This document shows positions 49,217-58,791 of a DNA stretch of 64,000 nucleotides, piece after piece. Position numbers and translations under genes: made by a program. The notes below the pieces were generated by a model, which was given only the letters and a program-made list of their open reading frames with translations, made no database searches and was not told the DNA's origin. Position 1 is the stretch's first letter; each line of letters starts with the position of its first letter. The DNA is from Pseudomonadota bacterium (GTDB lineage Bacteria > Pseudomonadota > Alphaproteobacteria > Rhodobacterales > Rhodobacteraceae): NCBI GenBank assembly GCA_039184415.1, contig JBCDBB010000001.1, positions 402 through 64,401 of the forward strand, written 5' to 3'.

Positions 49217-49983
49217 TCCGTGTCGCAGCGCTCGCTTTCGTCGCGGCTCTAACCGCTCCAGCCGCCCATGCCGGCCCGGATACTTCCCCCCTCCCCGAAA
49301 AGCGCCAGACCGGCGAGCGCGGGACCCCGCAGGAACCCGGGGCGGTTGGGCTGTCGCCCCGCCCCGACGACCGTCCCGGCAATCTGCGCCGCAAGTTCGC
49401 CGCGGCCTTTGCAGGCTTTCGCGCGCCGGTGACCCCGCGCGCCGATCGGGTCGACCGCAAGGGCCAGCTCTGCGGCAGCAAGACCGTGCGCGGCGAAGCC
49501 GCCCCGACGATCCCGGCGAAACGGCCCGGCTGCGGTCTGTCCGGTGGCGTCCATGTGCACAGCGTCGACGGCGTGGCGCTCTCGCGGCCTGCGACGATGG
49601 ACTGCACGACCGCGCTGGCCCTGGAAAGCTGGGTGCAGAACGGTTTGAAACCGGCCGTGGGCCGCGCCGGTGGCGGTGTCGCATCCCTCAAGGTCGCTGC
49701 GCACTATGTGTGCCGCACACGAAACCATCGCCCTGGCGGACCGATTTCCGAACATGGCAAGGGCAAGGCCATCGACATCTCCGCCATCGCGCTCAAGAAC
49801 GGCGCCGTGATGAGTGTGCTGACTGGTTGGAACGACAAGACCCAGGGGCCGATCCTGCAAAAGGCCCACCGCGCCGCCTGCGGTCCGTTCGGCACCGTGC
49901 TCGGCCCCCGCGCCGACCGGGCACATCGCGATCATTTCCACTTCGATACGGCAAGACACCGCAACGGACCCTATTGCCGCTAG
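49213..49983 (+). CDS. Extensin-like C-terminal domain protein (exported)
   Basis: Signal [21 protein letters not shown]-terminus ...EHGKGKAIDISAI...DHFHFD. ATGA overlap with tyrC. Confidence 0.7.
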   Translation: MIRVAALAFVAALTAPAAHAGPDTSPLPEKRQTGERGTPQEPGAVGLSPRPDDRPGNLRRKFAAAFAGFRAPVTPRADRVDRKGQLCGSKTVRGEAAPTIPAKRPGCGLSGGVHVHSVDGVALSRPATMDCTTALALESWVQNGLKPAVGRAGGGVASLKVAAHYVCRTRNHRPGGPISEHGKGKAIDISAIALKNGAVMSVLTGWNDKTQGPILQKAHRAACGPFGTVLGPRADRAHRDHFHFDTARHRNGPYCR

Positions 49984-50103
49984 GTGTTTTCGTGCGTTTA
50001 TGCACGCATTCCGTTTGAAATCGCATATTTCGTTCGCCAGAGCAGAGGCTAGTTTCGGGATATCCCACATCGCGCCGCGCGCGCCCCCCACAGGAGATGA
50101 CCC

Positions 50104-50697
50104 ATGACCCGAATCCTTCGCCTCGATGCGTCCGCCCGCAAGACCGGATCGGTGAGCCGCGCGTTGAATGACCGCGTGATCGACCGCTTTGCCGATGCCG
50201 GACCTGTGAGCGTGACCACACGCGATCTGTCCGAAAACATGCCGCTCATCGACGAGGCCTGGATCGGCGCGAACTTCACCCCCGAAGCCGATCGGACGGA
50301 CGACCAGCGCGCCGCACTTGCCCTGTCCGACAGTCTGATCGCCGAAGTCAAAGCCGCCGACATCCTGGTCATCGGGGTGCCGATCTACAACTTCGGTGTG
50401 CCCACCGTGCTCAAGGCCTGGGTGGACCAGATCGCGCGGGCCGGCGTGACCTTCCGCTATAGCCCTGACGGACCTGTCGGGCTGCTGACGGACAAACGCG
50501 CGATCCTCGCCGTGGCCTCAGGCGGCACCCAGGCAGGGTCCGAAATCGACTTCGCCTCAAGCTACATGCGCCATGTGCTGAGATTCGTCGGCATTCAGAA
50601 AATCGATATTGTCCGTGCCGACCGCCAGATGGTCGATGCAGAGGCGTCCAGGACAAAGGCCGATGCCGACCTCGCAGCTCTGCCTGTGGCAGCCTGA
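50104..50697 (+). CDS. azoR: FMN-dependent NADH-azoreductase
   Basis: MTRILRLDASARKTGSVSRAL...PIYNFGVPTVLKAWVDQI. Confidence 0.85.
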   Translation: MTRILRLDASARKTGSVSRALNDRVIDRFADAGPVSVTTRDLSENMPLIDEAWIGANFTPEADRTDDQRAALALSDSLIAEVKAADILVIGVPIYNFGVPTVLKAWVDQIARAGVTFRYSPDGPVGLLTDKRAILAVASGGTQAGSEIDFASSYMRHVLRFVGIQKIDIVRADRQMVDAEASRTKADADLAALPVAA

Positions 50698-50858
50698 GAT
50701 CTTCGCAGGTTCAGCAAAGCCCCTTGATGCGCCAAAATGCGCCGGCAGATCCGGCCGCTCTTTCTGGAAGATAGTACTCAATGGTAAGTTGACCCCTCGG
50801 GGGCTGGTAGGAGCACGTTCCGGGCCATGCCGCCGCCGGTCTCAGAGAGGGGGAAGAA

Positions 50859-51107
50859 ATGAACAGCTTTACCAAGATTGCAGCGCTCTCGCTGGTTGTG
50901 AGCATGTCGGCCGGAGCGCTCTCAGCGCAGAACTCCGACGTCGATTCCGTCAAGATGATGCTGGACCAACTCGACGTGAACACCGATGCGGTCGACACGC
51001 TGCCGGAGGACACACTGCTTCAGCTCGAGGCAATGTTGCTCGATGCCGGCCACAATCCCGAAGAAAAGCGCCGAATGGCCGAAGAGATCATCTCCTCGGC
51101 ACAGTAG
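50859..51107 (+). CDS. Small secreted hypothetical protein (82 aa)
   Basis: Strong SD (GAGAGGGGGAAG). Signal peptide MNSFTKIAALSLVVSMSAGALSA. Confidence 0.55.
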   Translation: MNSFTKIAALSLVVSMSAGALSAQNSDVDSVKMMLDQLDVNTDAVDTLPEDTLLQLEAMLLDAGHNPEEKRRMAEEIISSAQ

Positions 51108-51149
51108 CGCCCGCGAAAGCCTGACGTGGTGGCCGCGGGCGCGTGGCCA

Positions 51150-51593
51150 TCACTCCGACCAGTTCAGGAACAGCCCCACATCGCCGGGCATCCCGCCGGG
51201 ATAGTCGACGATTATCGCGCGCAGTTTGTAGCCCGCCGGCCGCGCCCGTTCCTCCCACAGCACGTAAAGGTCCGCCGCCTTGCCCGGCAGGGTCTCGGGC
51301 CAGTTTTCCAGCGCGTTGTTGATCGCGCGGCCCTTGTCGGAGCAGAGCCGCGAGGGAAAGCGCATCACCATCACCTCCATCTGGCCGTTGTCGACAGCGT
51401 GCTTCACCTTTGTGCGCAGTTCGGCCAACTCTTCCTCGTCGAGATGCTGGTGCACGAAATCCCGCGCCATCCGGTCCATCGCCTCGTCGGCCTTGGCCCG
51501 CTTTTCGGCCAGAAGACGCATCTTTTCGGCTTCCAGTTCCGCAATTTGCTGGCGCAGCTCGGCTGCGCTCACGGGGGTGGTGTCGTCAGCCAT
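51150..51593 (-). CDS. Hypothetical protein (147 aa; N-terminal coiled coil)
   Basis: AGGAGG lies 6 nt upstream of ATG 51593. Protein-like composition, no recognised domain. Confidence 0.55.
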   Translation of the reverse strand: MADDTTPVSAAELRQQIAELEAEKMRLLAEKRAKADEAMDRMARDFVHQHLDEEELAELRTKVKHAVDNGQMEVMVMRFPSRLCSDKGRAINNALENWPETLPGKAADLYVLWEERARPAGYKLRAIIVDYPGGMPGDVGLFLNWSE

Positions 51594-51718
51594 CTGGACC
51601 TCCTGTGGCATGTCACGTCGCGACCGGCTTAGCGGGGTTTAACCAGCGGAAAAACCCGTAGCACGCGCTTCCACGGCAGTTTCGGACGATCTTTGCGCGT
51701 TCCCGATCCCTTGGCTTG

Positions 51719-51747
51719 TTGACATCGGCGGGCCCGGCGCGTATCCG
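51719..51747 (+). promoter_or_regulatory. Candidate sigma70 promoter for ffh (TTGACA-17-TATCCG)
   Basis: Consensus -35 with a 17-nt spacer. Weak -10. Confidence 0.3.
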
Positions 51748-51979
51748 CCCGCCATCCCGGAAGAGCCATGCCCTTCCGGTCCCCAGGGGATCGACCTCCA
51801 CCAGCGCGTTGCGCCCGTGGGGGCGCTCGTCGTTCGGCAGTGCCCGAGGGGATCCATCTCGTTTGGGTGCGCCCGTCGGGGCGCATCTTTGCAGGACACC
51901 TTCCGGGGTGCTTGTCGTTTCCGCCGGTTCTCGCCATCTGAGAACCAGACCCGCAGCCGCTCGAAAAGGAGCCATGCCC
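51748..51979 (+). other. Highly structured ~230-nt ffh leader containing a tandem duplicated ~55-nt unit and at least 4 stable hairpins
   Basis: Hairpins CCGGAAG..CTTCCGG (51757-51779), GCGCCCgtgGGGGCGC (51811-51826), GCGCCCgtcGGGGCGC (51869-51884) and GGTTCTC..GAGAACC (51926-51946). Each GCGCCC hairpin is preceded by CC(C/G)AGGGGATC(G/C)A(C/T)CTC. Confidence 0.5.
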
Positions 51980-53488
51980 ATGTTCGAAAATCTTTCCGAA
52001 CGCCTCGGCGGTGTCTTCGACCGGCTGACCAAGGCCGGCGCACTCTCCGAGGATGACGTCAAAACCGCCCTCCGTGAGGTCCGCGTGGCCCTGCTGGAGG
52101 CCGATGTCTCCCTGACCGTGGCCCGCGACTTCATCAAGGCGGTCCAGAAGAAGGCCACCGGCGCAGCGGTCACCAAATCCGTCACGCCGGGCCAGCAGGT
52201 GGTCAAGATCGTCCATGACGAGCTCGTCCATGTGCTCGCAGGCGACAATGAGGACCCCGGCGAGCTCAAGATCGACAACCCGCCCGCCCCAATCCTGATG
52301 GTCGGGCTCCAGGGCTCGGGAAAAACCACGACCACCGCCAAGCTCGCCAAACGGCTGAGCGAGAAGTCTGGCAAACGCGTGCTTATGGCGTCCCTCGACA
52401 CCAACCGCCCCGCCGCGATGGAACAGCTCGCCATCCTCGGCACCCAGATCGGCGTCGACACGCTGCCCATCGTGCCCGGCGAAACACCCGTCCAGATCGC
52501 CAAGCGCGCGAAAACCCAGGCCAGCCTCGGCGGCTATGACGTCTTCATGCTCGACACGGCAGGGCGTCTGTCGATCGACGAAGAGCTCATGACCCAGGTC
52601 GAGCAGGTTCGCGACGTCGCCAGCCCCCGCGAAACGCTGCTCGTCGTCGACGGGCTCACCGGCCAGGACGCGGTCAACACGGCAGAGAACTTCGACAGCC
52701 GGATCGGTATCTCGGGCGTGGTGCTGACGCGCATGGACGGTGACGGCCGCGGCGGCGCGGCGCTCAGCATGCGCGCGGTCACCGGCCAGCCGATCAAGTT
52801 CGTCGGCCTCGGCGAGAAAATGGACGCGCTGGAGGAGTTCCACCCCTCCCGTGTCGCCGGCCGCATCCTCGGCATGGGCGATATCGTCAGCCTCGTCGAA
52901 AAGGCCCAGGAAACGCTGGAGGTCGAACAGGCCGAGCGCATGATGAAGCGCTTCCAGAAAGGTCAGTTCAACATGAACGACCTCAGGGGCCAGCTGGAGC
53001 AGATGCTCAAGATGGGCGGTATGGACGGGATCATGGGGATGATGCCCGGCATGGCCAAGATGCAGAAGCAGGTTGCCGACGCCGGCTTCGACGACAAGAT
53101 CCTGCGCCAGCAGATCGCACTCATCCAGTCCATGACCAAGAAAGAGCGCGCCAACCCCCAGATCCTCCAGGCCAGCCGCAAGAAACGCATCGCCGCGGGC
53201 TCGGGCATGGAAGTGAGCGATCTCAACAAGCTTCTCAAGATGCACCGGCAGATGGCCGACATGATGAAGAAGATGAGCAAGATGGGCAAAAAAGGCCTGA
53301 TGCGTCAGATGGGCGGCCTGTTCGGCGGCAAGGGCGGCGGGATGCCGTCCGAGGCCGAAATCGCGGCGGCCCAGGCCAAAATGGGCGGCCCCGGCGGACT
53401 GCCCGGCGGCGTGCCGGGAGGTCTGCCAGGACTGGGCGGCGCCCCCGCCCTGCCCCCCGGCCTCAGCGGGTTCGGCAAAAAGAAATGA
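51980..53488 (+). CDS. ffh: Signal recognition particle protein Ffh
   Basis: MFENLSERLGGVFDRL, GLQGSGKTTT, DTAGR, Met-rich M domain. Confidence 0.95.
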   Translation: MFENLSERLGGVFDRLTKAGALSEDDVKTALREVRVALLEADVSLTVARDFIKAVQKKATGAAVTKSVTPGQQVVKIVHDELVHVLAGDNEDPGELKIDNPPAPILMVGLQGSGKTTTTAKLAKRLSEKSGKRVLMASLDTNRPAAMEQLAILGTQIGVDTLPIVPGETPVQIAKRAKTQASLGGYDVFMLDTAGRLSIDEELMTQVEQVRDVASPRETLLVVDGLTGQDAVNTAENFDSRIGISGVVLTRMDGDGRGGAALSMRAVTGQPIKFVGLGEKMDALEEFHPSRVAGRILGMGDIVSLVEKAQETLEVEQAERMMKRFQKGQFNMNDLRGQLEQMLKMGGMDGIMGMMPGMAKMQKQVADAGFDDKILRQQIALIQSMTKKERANPQILQASRKKRIAAGSGMEVSDLNKLLKMHRQMADMMKKMSKMGKKGLMRQMGGLFGGKGGGMPSEAEIAAAQAKMGGPGGLPGGVPGGLPGLGGAPALPPGLSGFGKKK

Positions 53489-54060
53489 CCCCTCGATGCA
53501 CGCACCCTCCCGTTGGTCCAGCGGCCAAGGCAGCCACGCGCCACCGCACCGTGCTGCCCCGTCTGCGGACGGAGCGGCTGGTGCTGCGCGCGCCGGAACT
53601 GACCGACCTGCCGCTCTGGACCGCGATCTGCACCGGCGACGAGTCCGCGCTGGTCGGTGGTCCGATGAACGCGCAAGCCGCGTGGGAGGCGTTCTGCGTC
53701 TATGTCGCGGGCTGGAGCCTCCATGGCCATGGGCTCTGGGCGGTGGAACGGCGCGATACCGGCGCGCTGGTGGGGTTCGTCATGCTGGGCCTCGAATGGG
53801 AGGATCTGGAGCCGGAACTGGGCTGGATGCTCGCCCCGGAAGCCCGCGGGCAGGGGTTTGGCGCCGAGGCCGCGATGGCCGCCCGGAACCATGCCATGAC
53901 GCTCTTCGGACGCGGCGGCTGTGTCAGCTATGTCGCTGCCGACAATCCCCGTTCCGCCCGGCTCGCCGCCGCCATCGGCGCCCGACGTGATGCCGACGCG
54001 GAAGCCGGGCTTCCCGACGGCACCCAGGTCTGGCGCCACGGACCGGAGGCCGCGGCATGA
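53485..54060 (+). CDS. GNAT N-acetyltransferase (RimJ/RimL-like), paralog 1
   Basis: LRTERLVLRAPELTDL...ELGWMLAPEARGQGFG. ATGA overlap with the ffh stop. The true start may be internal. Confidence 0.7.
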   Translation: MTPRCTHPPVGPAAKAATRHRTVLPRLRTERLVLRAPELTDLPLWTAICTGDESALVGGPMNAQAAWEAFCVYVAGWSLHGHGLWAVERRDTGALVGFVMLGLEWEDLEPELGWMLAPEARGQGFGAEAAMAARNHAMTLFGRGGCVSYVAADNPRSARLAAAIGARRDADAEAGLPDGTQVWRHGPEAAA

Positions 54061-54572
54061 GCGAGGCGATCCTGACCACGGACCGGCTTCGCCTGCGCCG
54101 GCCCACGCCGCGGGATCTGGACGGGTTCATGGCCTTCGCGCGCTCCCAGCGAGCACGGCATACCTTCTTTGCCGATAGCGATGCCTCCGCTTGGAACAGC
54201 TTCTGCCTCGTTCTGGCGCATTGGGATCTGCGCGGCTACGGCCTCTTTTCGGTAACCGCCCGGGACGACGATACCTGCCTCGGCATGATCGGCCCCTTCT
54301 ATCCCGAAGGCTGGGCCGAACCCGAGCTCGGCTGGCTGCTCTGGCCCCAGGCGGAAGGCAAGGGCATCGCCCATGAGGCCGCCCTGGCCGCCCGCGGCTA
54401 TATCTTTGACGTGCTCGCCTGGGACGGGGCCGTCAGCTACATCGGCGAAGACAACAGCCGCTCCATCGCCCTGGCCGAACGTCTCGGTGCCCGTTGGGAC
54501 GAAAGCGCCGTTACCCGCTCCAAGGCGTGCCGGGTCTACCGCCACCCCGCGCGGACGGAGCGCGCCGCATGA
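54057..54572 (+). CDS. GNAT N-acetyltransferase (RimJ/RimL-like), paralog 2
   Basis: ILTTDRLRLRRPTPRDL...ELGWLLWPQAEGKGIA. ATGA overlap. Confidence 0.8.
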   Translation: MSEAILTTDRLRLRRPTPRDLDGFMAFARSQRARHTFFADSDASAWNSFCLVLAHWDLRGYGLFSVTARDDDTCLGMIGPFYPEGWAEPELGWLLWPQAEGKGIAHEAALAARGYIFDVLAWDGAVSYIGEDNSRSIALAERLGARWDESAVTRSKACRVYRHPARTERAA

Positions 54573-55096
54573 CCGAGGCCATCCTCACAACAGAGCGCCT
54601 GCGCCTGCGCCGCCCCGGCCCGCAGGACCTTGAGGGGTACCGTCGCTTCGTGCGTTCCCAGCGCGCGCGCTATTTTTACTTCGCCAAGAACGACGAAGAA
54701 GCTTGGCGGCTTTTCTGCATTGAACTGGCCCATTGGGACCTGCGCGGTTTCGGCATGTTCGCCATCACCACCCACGAGGACGACAACTGCCTCGGCCTTG
54801 TCGGCCACTGGTATCCCGAGGGCTGGATCGAACGCGAAATCGGCTGGCTCCTCTGGCCCGAGGCCGAGGGCAAGGGCTATGGGTTCGAGGCCGCCCGCGC
54901 CTGCGTCGACTTCGCCTTTGACGTGCTCGCATGGGACACCGCCGTCAGCTATATCGAAGAGGGCAATACCCGCTCCTTCGCACTCGCCGAAAAGCTCGGC
55001 GCCTATTGGGACGAGGCCGCGACCACCCGCGCGGCGGACCTGCGGGTTTATCGGCACCCCCACCCATCCGAGCGTCCCGAGGAGGGCTCGGCATGA
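54569..55096 (+). CDS. GNAT N-acetyltransferase (RimJ/RimL-like), paralog 3
   Basis: ILTTERLRLRRPGPQDL...EIGWLLWPEAEGKGYG. ATGA overlap. Confidence 0.8.
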   Translation: MTEAILTTERLRLRRPGPQDLEGYRRFVRSQRARYFYFAKNDEEAWRLFCIELAHWDLRGFGMFAITTHEDDNCLGLVGHWYPEGWIEREIGWLLWPEAEGKGYGFEAARACVDFAFDVLAWDTAVSYIEEGNTRSFALAEKLGAYWDEAATTRAADLRVYRHPHPSERPEEGSA

Positions 55097-55623
55097 CGGC
55101 GCCCGTGCTCACCACCGAGCGTCTGACCCTCGGCCCGCTCCTGCCGGAGCATACCGATCCGGTCGCGGCCTTCTACAGCTCCGAGCGCACGGACTTTGTG
55201 GGCGGACGCAAAACGCCCGAGATGGCCTGGCGCCATTTCGCAACCGAGATCGGCCACTGGACGCTGCGCGGCTACGGCAATTTCGCCGTGACCGAAACCG
55301 CGACCGGCCAGCTCGTCGGTCTGGTAGGCCCCTGGTTCCCTTACGGTTGGCCGGAACCCGAGATCGGCTGGATGCTGCTCGACGGGTTCGAAGGCCGCGG
55401 TTTCGCGACCGAAGCGGCCGAACGCGCCCGCGCCTGGGCTTACGACACGCTCGGCTGGACCACGGCCATCAGCCTGATCTCCCCGGGCAACGGGCCCTCG
55501 GCCGCGGTTGCCCAGCGTCTCGGCGCCTGGCTCGAGAAGGAAACCGAGCATGAGCGCTTCGGACCGATGCAGATCTGGCGCCATCCCGGCCCGAATGCGC
55601 TGCGCGCAGGAGACGGTCAATGA
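55093..55623 (+). CDS. GNAT N-acetyltransferase (RimJ/RimL-like), paralog 4
   Basis: VLTTERLTLGPLLPEH...EIGWMLLDGFEGRGFA. ATGA overlap. Confidence 0.8.
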   Translation: MTAPVLTTERLTLGPLLPEHTDPVAAFYSSERTDFVGGRKTPEMAWRHFATEIGHWTLRGYGNFAVTETATGQLVGLVGPWFPYGWPEPEIGWMLLDGFEGRGFATEAAERARAWAYDTLGWTTAISLISPGNGPSAAVAQRLGAWLEKETEHERFGPMQIWRHPGPNALRAGDGQ

Positions 55624-55756
55624 TCCCCCTCGGCGACGCCCTAATCCTAATCGCTTCCGATCAGATCGCGCCGGCACGCGCCGCGTACCGGAATACACGC
55701 GGGTCAGGGCAAGGCGCCGATACGGGGGCCGGTCAACAGGACGGTCTGCAAATTCC

Positions 55757-55786
55757 ACCGACGCAATACCGACGCGATACCGACGC
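55757..55786 (+). repeat. Three direct ACCGACGC repeats with exact 11-bp periodicity, enclosed by an 8-bp inverted repeat (55744-55795)
   Basis: cACCGACGCaatACCGACGCgatACCGACGCg flanked by GTCTGCAA ... TTGCAGAC. Lies 30-80 nt upstream of the chorismate mutase start. Confidence 0.6.
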
Positions 55787-55822
55787 GTTGCAGACAGCGC
55801 CAAAACCCCACCGGAGGCCCCG

Positions 55823-56119
55823 ATGACCGATGTAGCCACCCGGGCCGCGGAGCTCCTCAAAGACCACCGAGAGAGTATCGACCGGCTCGATGCGATCCTC
55901 GTCTACACGCTCGGCGAGCGCTTCAAACACACCCAGGCCGTGGGTCAGCTGAAGGCGCAGCACGACCTGCCGCCGTCGGACCCGGCACGCGAGGCGGCAC
56001 AGATCGCGCGGCTCGAAGACCTCGCCCGCCGCGCCGATCTGGATCCCGATTTTGCCAAGAAATTCCTGGGCTTCATCATCGAGGAAGTCATCCGTCACCA
56101 CCGTCAACACCAATCGTAG
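55823..56119 (+). CDS. Chorismate mutase (AroQ class)
   Basis: [36 protein letters not shown]. Confidence 0.85.
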   Translation: MTDVATRAAELLKDHRESIDRLDAILVYTLGERFKHTQAVGQLKAQHDLPPSDPAREAAQIARLEDLARRADLDPDFAKKFLGFIIEEVIRHHRQHQS

Positions 56120-56163
56120 GGCGGGGTTCACCCCGCCACCCCGCCATTCAAAGGAGACACCAA

Positions 56164-56559
56164 ATGGCCATGAAACTTCGCCTCGCCCGAGGCGGTTCCA
56201 AGAAACGCCCCTTCTACCGCATCGTTGCAGCCGACAGCCGGATGCCCCGCGACGGCCGCTATATCGAGAAGCTCGGCACCTATAACCCCCTGTTGCCAAA
56301 GGATAGTGAAGACCGGGTCAAGATGGACCTGGAGCGCGTCCAGTACTGGCTCGGCCAAGGCGCCACTCCGACCGACCGCGTGAGCCGCATGCTCGAGGCC
56401 GCAGGCGTCCTGACGGCCAAGACCCGCGCCAACCCCAAGAAGGGCGAGCCCGGTCAGAAGGCCAAGGACCGCGCCGAAGAGAAGGCAGCGAAATCGGCCG
56501 AGGCCACGGAAGCACCCGCCGAGGCCGAAGCGCCTGCAGAGGAGGCCGCGGCGGAGTAA
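56164..56559 (+). CDS. rpsP: 30S ribosomal protein S16 (with an Ala/Glu-rich C-terminal extension)
   Basis: [24 protein letters not shown]. Confidence 0.95.
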   Translation: MAMKLRLARGGSKKRPFYRIVAADSRMPRDGRYIEKLGTYNPLLPKDSEDRVKMDLERVQYWLGQGATPTDRVSRMLEAAGVLTAKTRANPKKGEPGQKAKDRAEEKAAKSAEATEAPAEAEAPAEEAAAE

Positions 56560-56592
56560 TCCGCCCGGTCCGGCAATTGCCGGGAGCATGCG

Positions 56593-56745
56593 ATGATCCG
56601 GCTCCTCATCTGGGTAGCGATCTTCGGCTGCGGTCTCTGGGCCGGGGCGGAGTATGAACGCACTGCGCATATCGACCGCTGCCTGAACGCCGGCGGCGCG
56701 ATCGACGGGCGCGGCCTCTGCCTGGGGCTCGCGGCCGGTGGTTGA
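56593..56745 (+). CDS. Candidate 50-aa membrane micro-protein between rpsP and rimM
   Basis: Below the ORF-track cutoff, found by reading. GGGAG lies 6 nt upstream. [50 protein letters not shown]. Its stop overlaps the rimM GTG start. Confidence 0.4.
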   Translation: MIRLLIWVAIFGCGLWAGAEYERTAHIDRCLNAGGAIDGRGLCLGLAAGG

Positions 56746-57250
56746 GCGGGTCTGTGTCGGTGCGCTTGCAGGCGCGTTCGGGGTGCGCGGCGAGGTCCGG
56801 CTGAAAAGCTTCTGCGCGCCCGCTGAAGCCATCGCGGACTATGCACCGCTCAGCACCGAAGACGGCGCGAGGAACTTCACTGTCAGACTGACCGGTCAGG
56901 CCAAGGGCGCGCTCACCGCACGCCTCGGCGGCATCGCCAACAAGGAGGCCGCCGACGCATTGCGCGGAACGCGGCTTTATGCGCCGCGCGACCGGCTTCC
57001 CACCCTGCCCGAAGATGAGTTCTACCATACCGATCTCATCGGTCTGACCGTTCTCGACACCGGTGGGCGCAACCTCGGCAAGATCCGGGCGGTACATGAT
57101 CATGGAGCGGGCGATCTGCTGGAGGTGCATGGGCCGGGGTTGAAGGGCACGGTACTGCTGCCCTTCACCAAGGACGCGGTGCCCACCGTGGATATCGCCG
57201 GGGGACGCGTTGTGGCGGACCCGCCGGATGGGCTGTTTCCAGATGAGTGA
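56738..57250 (+). CDS. rimM: Ribosome maturation factor RimM
   Basis: [24 protein letters not shown]-barrel C-terminus. Confidence 0.9.
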   Translation: MVERVCVGALAGAFGVRGEVRLKSFCAPAEAIADYAPLSTEDGARNFTVRLTGQAKGALTARLGGIANKEAADALRGTRLYAPRDRLPTLPEDEFYHTDLIGLTVLDTGGRNLGKIRAVHDHGAGDLLEVHGPGLKGTVLLPFTKDAVPTVDIAGGRVVADPPDGLFPDE

Positions 57251-58106
57251 GAACCGCTCCCACGGGCGCAAGGCGATCCGGGCAACGGCGACGCCACGCT
57301 CGCTGATGACCGACCGGCCGGAGCTCGCCGGCGCCTGGACCGCCCAAGTGATCACGCTCTTTCCAGAGCTCTTTCCCGGCGTGCTCGGAGCCTCGCTGAC
57401 CGGTAAGGCGCTAAGCGACGGGCTCTGGAGCCTTGAGGCGATCGATCTGCGCTGTTTCGGCGAAGGGCGACACCGAAATGTCGATGACACACCCTTTGGT
57501 GGTGGGGCCGGCATGGTCCTGCGCCCGGACGTCATGGGCCGCGCCATCACCGCCGCGCGTCGCAGCGCACCCGCCCTCCTACCGCTGGTCTATCTTTCGC
57601 CCCGTGGGGTGCCCTTTTCCCAGGCGGCCGCACGCCGGTTCGCGGAGGGTCCCGGTATCACCCTGATCTGCGGGCGTTTCGAGGGGCTGGACGAACGCGT
57701 GATCCAAGCGTTTGGCATTGAAGAGATCTCCCTGGGGGATTTCGTCCTCACCGGCGGCGAGATCGCAGCGCAGGCCTTGATCGACGCGTCGGTGCGACTT
57801 ATACCCCGCGTGCTGGGGAATCAGGCCAGTCTGGATGAGGAATCCTTCTCCGCCGGGCTTCTTGAGCACCCCCAATATACGAAACCCGCCGACTGGGAGG
57901 GCCGCAATGTGCCCGACATTCTCCTGTCGGGACACCACGGCAAGATAGCCGACTGGCGGCGGGAGATGGCCGAGAGGCTGACGAAGGAACGCCGCCCCGA
58001 TCTCTGGCGGGCATATTGCGCGCGTCGCGATATGGACCCGATGGAAGACCAAGAGCTCTCGGCGCAGCCCCATGATGCGGGAAATACCCGCGCAGACAAA
58101 GGATAG
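57243..58106 (+). CDS. trmD: tRNA (guanine37-N1)-methyltransferase TrmD
   Basis: [34 protein letters not shown]. The N-terminal ~30 aa are an extension. Alternative start at MTDRPEL. Confidence 0.9.
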   Translation: MSENRSHGRKAIRATATPRSLMTDRPELAGAWTAQVITLFPELFPGVLGASLTGKALSDGLWSLEAIDLRCFGEGRHRNVDDTPFGGGAGMVLRPDVMGRAITAARRSAPALLPLVYLSPRGVPFSQAAARRFAEGPGITLICGRFEGLDERVIQAFGIEEISLGDFVLTGGEIAAQALIDASVRLIPRVLGNQASLDEESFSAGLLEHPQYTKPADWEGRNVPDILLSGHHGKIADWRREMAERLTKERRPDLWRAYCARRDMDPMEDQELSAQPHDAGNTRADKG

Positions 58107-58111
58107 ATGCG

Positions 58112-58504
58112 ATGGATTTGATCGCTCAGCTCGAGGCGGAGCAGGTTGCTGCCCTCGGCAAGGACATCCCGGACTTCAAGGCCGGCGACACTGTGCGCGT
58201 CGGCTACAAAGTGACCGAAGGTACCCGCACCCGGGTGCAGAACTACGAGGGCGTGTGCATCGCGCGCAAGAATGGCGATGGCATCGCCGGGTCCTTCACA
58301 GTGCGCAAGATCAGCTTCGGCGAAGGCGTCGAACGGGTATTTCCGCTCTATTCCACCAATATCGACAGCATCACCGTGGTACGCCGCGGCAAGGTCCGCC
58401 GGGCCAAGCTCTACTACCTGCGCGCCCGCCGCGGGAAATCCGCGCGGATCGCCGAACAGACGAATTACAAGCCCAAGGCCGCCCCTGCCGGCGCCGAGGC
58501 CTGA
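58112..58504 (+). CDS. rplS: 50S ribosomal protein L19
   Basis: Typical L19 sequence ([30 protein letters not shown]). Confidence 0.95.
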   Translation: MDLIAQLEAEQVAALGKDIPDFKAGDTVRVGYKVTEGTRTRVQNYEGVCIARKNGDGIAGSFTVRKISFGEGVERVFPLYSTNIDSITVVRRGKVRRAKLYYLRARRGKSARIAEQTNYKPKAAPAGAEA

Positions 58505-58515
58505 GGAGCATCGCA

Positions 58516-58737
58516 ATGAAAAAGGATATCCACCCCGACTATCACGTCATCGATGTGAAGATGACCGACGGCACAGTCGTCCAGATGCGCTCGACCTATG
58601 GCAGCGAGGGCGACACGCTGGCGCTCGATATCGACCCGTCCGCGCATCCGGCCTGGACCGGCGGCAATGCCAAACTGCTGGACACCGGCGGTCGCGTTTC
58701 CAAGTTCAAGAAGAAATACGAAGGTCTCGGGTTCTAG
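58516..58737 (+). CDS. rpmE: 50S ribosomal protein L31
   Basis: [20 protein letters not shown]...[10 protein letters not shown]. Confidence 0.95.
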   Translation: MKKDIHPDYHVIDVKMTDGTVVQMRSTYGSEGDTLALDIDPSAHPAWTGGNAKLLDTGGRVSKFKKKYEGLGF

Positions 58738-58763
58738 AGAGCGCCAGGATTCTCCGAGGAAAT

Positions 58764-58787
58764 CGCCGCCCGTTTGGGCGGCGTTTT
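58764..58787 (+). terminator. Rho-independent terminator after rpmE
   Basis: CGCCGCCC-gttt-GGGCGGCG followed by TTTTG. Confidence 0.8.
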
Positions 58788-58791
58788 GCTG

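Noticed and set aside
51108-51149. Hairpin GCGCCCGCG...CGCGGGCGC between the convergent small genes as a terminator
   Set aside because: The loop is about 17 nt and there is no T-tract on either side. Too weak to call.
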